Source: Candidatus Microgenomatus sp.
Lineage (GTDB): Bacteria; Patescibacteriota; Microgenomatia; UBA1400; PJMF01
Assembly: GCA_020724725.1 (NCBI GenBank)
Contig: DYGL01000003.1
Location: 1-51,108 of the forward strand
Length of the DNA: 51,108 nucleotides
Direction of reading: 5' to 3'
Shown: in pieces, positions 49,135 through 51,108 of the stretch
How positions within the stretch are numbered: position 1 is the stretch's first letter
Layout: each line of letters opens with the position of its first letter
Program-made: the position numbers and the translations under genes
Notes under the pieces: generated by a model
Told to the model about the DNA's origin: nothing
The model's input: the letters and a program-made list of their open reading frames with translations, nothing else
Database searches by the model: none

Positions 49135-50244
49135 TTATCTAAAAATATTTCTAATATCATTAAAAGAAACAATGATCATCAAAGCAAGTAGAGAAATATA
49201 GCCAAAATAATTCAAGTAGGCAGCAACTTTATCAATTTTTCTTTTTTTGAAAAATTTTTCCAAAACAATTAAAACAGCTCGACCACCATCTAAAGCCGGA
49301 ATCGGTAAAAGATTCATAATGCCTAAATTGATTGATAGAAGAGCCGCAAAATTCACAATATTTAAAAAGCCACCTTCAAAAAAACCATAAGTATTGGCCT
49401 GATCAATGATACCTATCGGACCAGCAATTTCCTGTTGCAGGCCACGGCCAGCAAATAAATCAAGCACCATTTGCCATAAAGCTTGAAGAATCATTATCGC
49501 CAAAGCAAGAGATTGCTTAAAAGCCTCAGTAATGGTCTTAAATGGCATAAGATACCAAGGATAATTCTTGAAAATAACTTCGCTAAAAGTTATGCCCATT
49601 GTGCCTTCTCCATCTGGAGTTTCTGCCTTGGTTCGCAAATAAATATTGTAATCTTGATAATCACTAGGGCAAGCTTCCTCTGCACATGGTAAAGAGGTGC
49701 GAATTGTGACTGCTTCTCCTAGATGAGCTTGCACAAAACTTTGCACTTGTGTTGGAGAATCAACTTTAATCCATTCCTGATTAACTTGAAAAGCTAAAAT
49801 ATTGGTATTATCTTGCAAACCAGCTTGTTTGGCTGGAGAGTTTTCCACTACCTGACCAATTCTAGCTTGCCCATAAAGAGGGGTAGGAATACCTAGTTGA
49901 TAAAAAACCGCTGCAAAAGCCAAAATACCAAAAACAAAATTAAAAAAAACTCCTGCTAGAACTACTTCTAAGCGAGCTTTGATCGATTTATTGTGAAAAG
50001 AGCCCTTGTCATCTGGGTTTTCTTCTGGACCATTTTCACCCTCCATTTGCACAAAACCACCAAAAGGAATCAAGTTTAGGGAAAAAATAGTTTCTTTTGA
50101 TTTAAAAATTTGTAAAAGACGAGGTGGGTAGCCTAAACCAAACTCTTTAACTTTGATACCATTTCTTCTAGCAGCCAAAAAATGACCAGCTTCATGAATA
50201 ATGACCAAAATAGATAGGATGAGAATAAAAATCAAAGCTGCCAT
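49135..50244 (-). CDS. rseP: Site-2 (M50) zinc metalloprotease with PDZ domain
   Basis: HEAGH, IPFGGFV, NLLPIPALDGG motifs; PDZ-like SPAKQAGL. Confidence 0.92.
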   Translation of the reverse strand: MAALIFILILSILVIIHEAGHFLAARRNGIKVKEFGLGYPPRLLQIFKSKETIFSLNLIPFGGFVQMEGENGPEENPDDKGSFHNKSIKARLEVVLAGVFFNFVFGILAFAAVFYQLGIPTPLYGQARIGQVVENSPAKQAGLQDNTNILAFQVNQEWIKVDSPTQVQSFVQAHLGEAVTIRTSLPCAEEACPSDYQDYNIYLRTKAETPDGEGTMGITFSEVIFKNYPWYLMPFKTITEAFKQSLALAIMILQALWQMVLDLFAGRGLQQEIAGPIGIIDQANTYGFFEGGFLNIVNFAALLSINLGIMNLLPIPALDGGRAVLIVLEKFFKKRKIDKVAAYLNYFGYISLLALMIIVSFNDIRNIFR

Positions 50245-50247
50245 ATT

Positions 50248-50802
50248 TTAAAGACTCAAAAGTTCTTGTTCTTTTTTCTTACTCATTTCTTCTAGTTTGG
50301 AAATATATTCTTTGACAGTGTTGTCTAATTCTTCAACTTCAGCTTTGATATCATCTTCACTAATTCCAGCCCCACCTTCTTGTTTTTCAATATCTCGACG
50401 CAAATCAGAACGAACACTGCGTAGCATCACCTTGGCTTCCTCTTCTTTTTGATGCAAAATTTTAACCATTTCTAGTCTTCTCTCTTGAGTGGGAGCTGGC
50501 ACTACAATTCTAATCAAATCGCCATCCACAATTGGATTTAAATTGAGTTGAGCCAATTGAATGGCTTTTTCTATTTCTGATAACAAACTTTTGTCCCACG
50601 GTTTAACAGTTAGAAGTTGTGTGTCTGGAGCAGAAATCGAAGCAACTTCGTGCAAAGCCATTCTGGTGCCATAAGCTTCTACAAAAACTCCATCAAGAAG
50701 TTGAGCACTAGCCCTACCAGTGCGTAAAGAAGAAAAGTCATCTTGAGCGTGACTTAAAGTTTTTTCAAATTTATCCAGATAAGAAGATTTGTGTATTGCC
50801 AT
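50248..50802 (-). CDS. frr: Ribosome recycling factor
   Basis: LRTGRAS, AYG, IEKAI..LNLNP..DG, ERR, ISEDD, KEQELL motifs. Confidence 0.95.
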   Translation of the reverse strand: MAIHKSSYLDKFEKTLSHAQDDFSSLRTGRASAQLLDGVFVEAYGTRMALHEVASISAPDTQLLTVKPWDKSLLSEIEKAIQLAQLNLNPIVDGDLIRIVVPAPTQERRLEMVKILHQKEEEAKVMLRSVRSDLRRDIEKQEGGAGISEDDIKAEVEELDNTVKEYISKLEEMSKKKEQELLSL

Positions 50803-50818
50803 ATTTTAAGAGAGCATT

Positions 50819-51058
50819 CTAATTGATATTAAATTCCAAATCAACCCGAGGAAAGGGTAAGCTTTGCTTGGTGGGATTGTTTTCCTTCAGAGTTTCTCGA
50901 AGCTCATAAACTCGCTCATTAAGTGGACCCAACTCCACATTCTCCTCTTTCTGCTCAAAAACTGGGTCTGGATCTGGGGATTTCTTTAAAAAGATTGATA
51001 AAAATGTAAAAAACACAATTAAAAACAAAACAACAACCAAAGCATAAAAAGGTCTCAA
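50819..51058 (-). CDS. Hypothetical small membrane-anchored protein
   Basis: TTG start, N-terminal TM, C-terminal LPFPRVD; start uncertain near the window edge. Confidence 0.55.
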   Translation of the reverse strand: MRPFYALVVVLFLIVFFTFLSIFLKKSPDPDPVFEQKEENVELGPLNERVYELRETLKENNPTKQSLPFPRVDLEFNIN

Positions 51059-51108
51059 GCTTTTATTTTTTTGTAAATCTTTAAAACTTAAACGTTTTTT
51101 TGACTTAT

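Overview
AT-rich, very gene-dense bacterial window read in the standard genetic code (TGA is used as a stop). Gene content and compaction suggest a Patescibacteria/CPR (Microgenomates-like) genome; this is inference, not a search result. About 1-29.7 kb is a large surface-glycan locus: GT4/GT2 transferases, three polyprenol-phosphate sugar synthases, nine multi-TM GT-C-type transferases, a Wzx flippase, an LCP protein, rmlB/rmlD, ugd, rmd/gmd, with trmD embedded on the opposite strand. It is followed by tRNA-Gln(CUG) and, on the minus strand, a compact cobalamin-type riboswitch with a kissing-loop hairpin, antiterminator and intrinsic terminator, upstream of an unrecognised 240-aa helical protein. 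The right half carries xth, a PQ-loop-like membrane protein, a CoaD-CoaE fusion next to an ADP-forming acetate-CoA ligase, prmC, a DsbA-family protein, recJ, a CCA-adding enzyme, secDF, a sortase beside a QPSTG-anchored PKD-repeat surface protein, a DUF3048-like protein, rseP and frr. Many operon-first genes have a -10 box 6-11 nt before the ATG, suggesting leaderless mRNAs. No CRISPR, rRNA or mobile element was seen. All family calls come from motifs recognised by eye.
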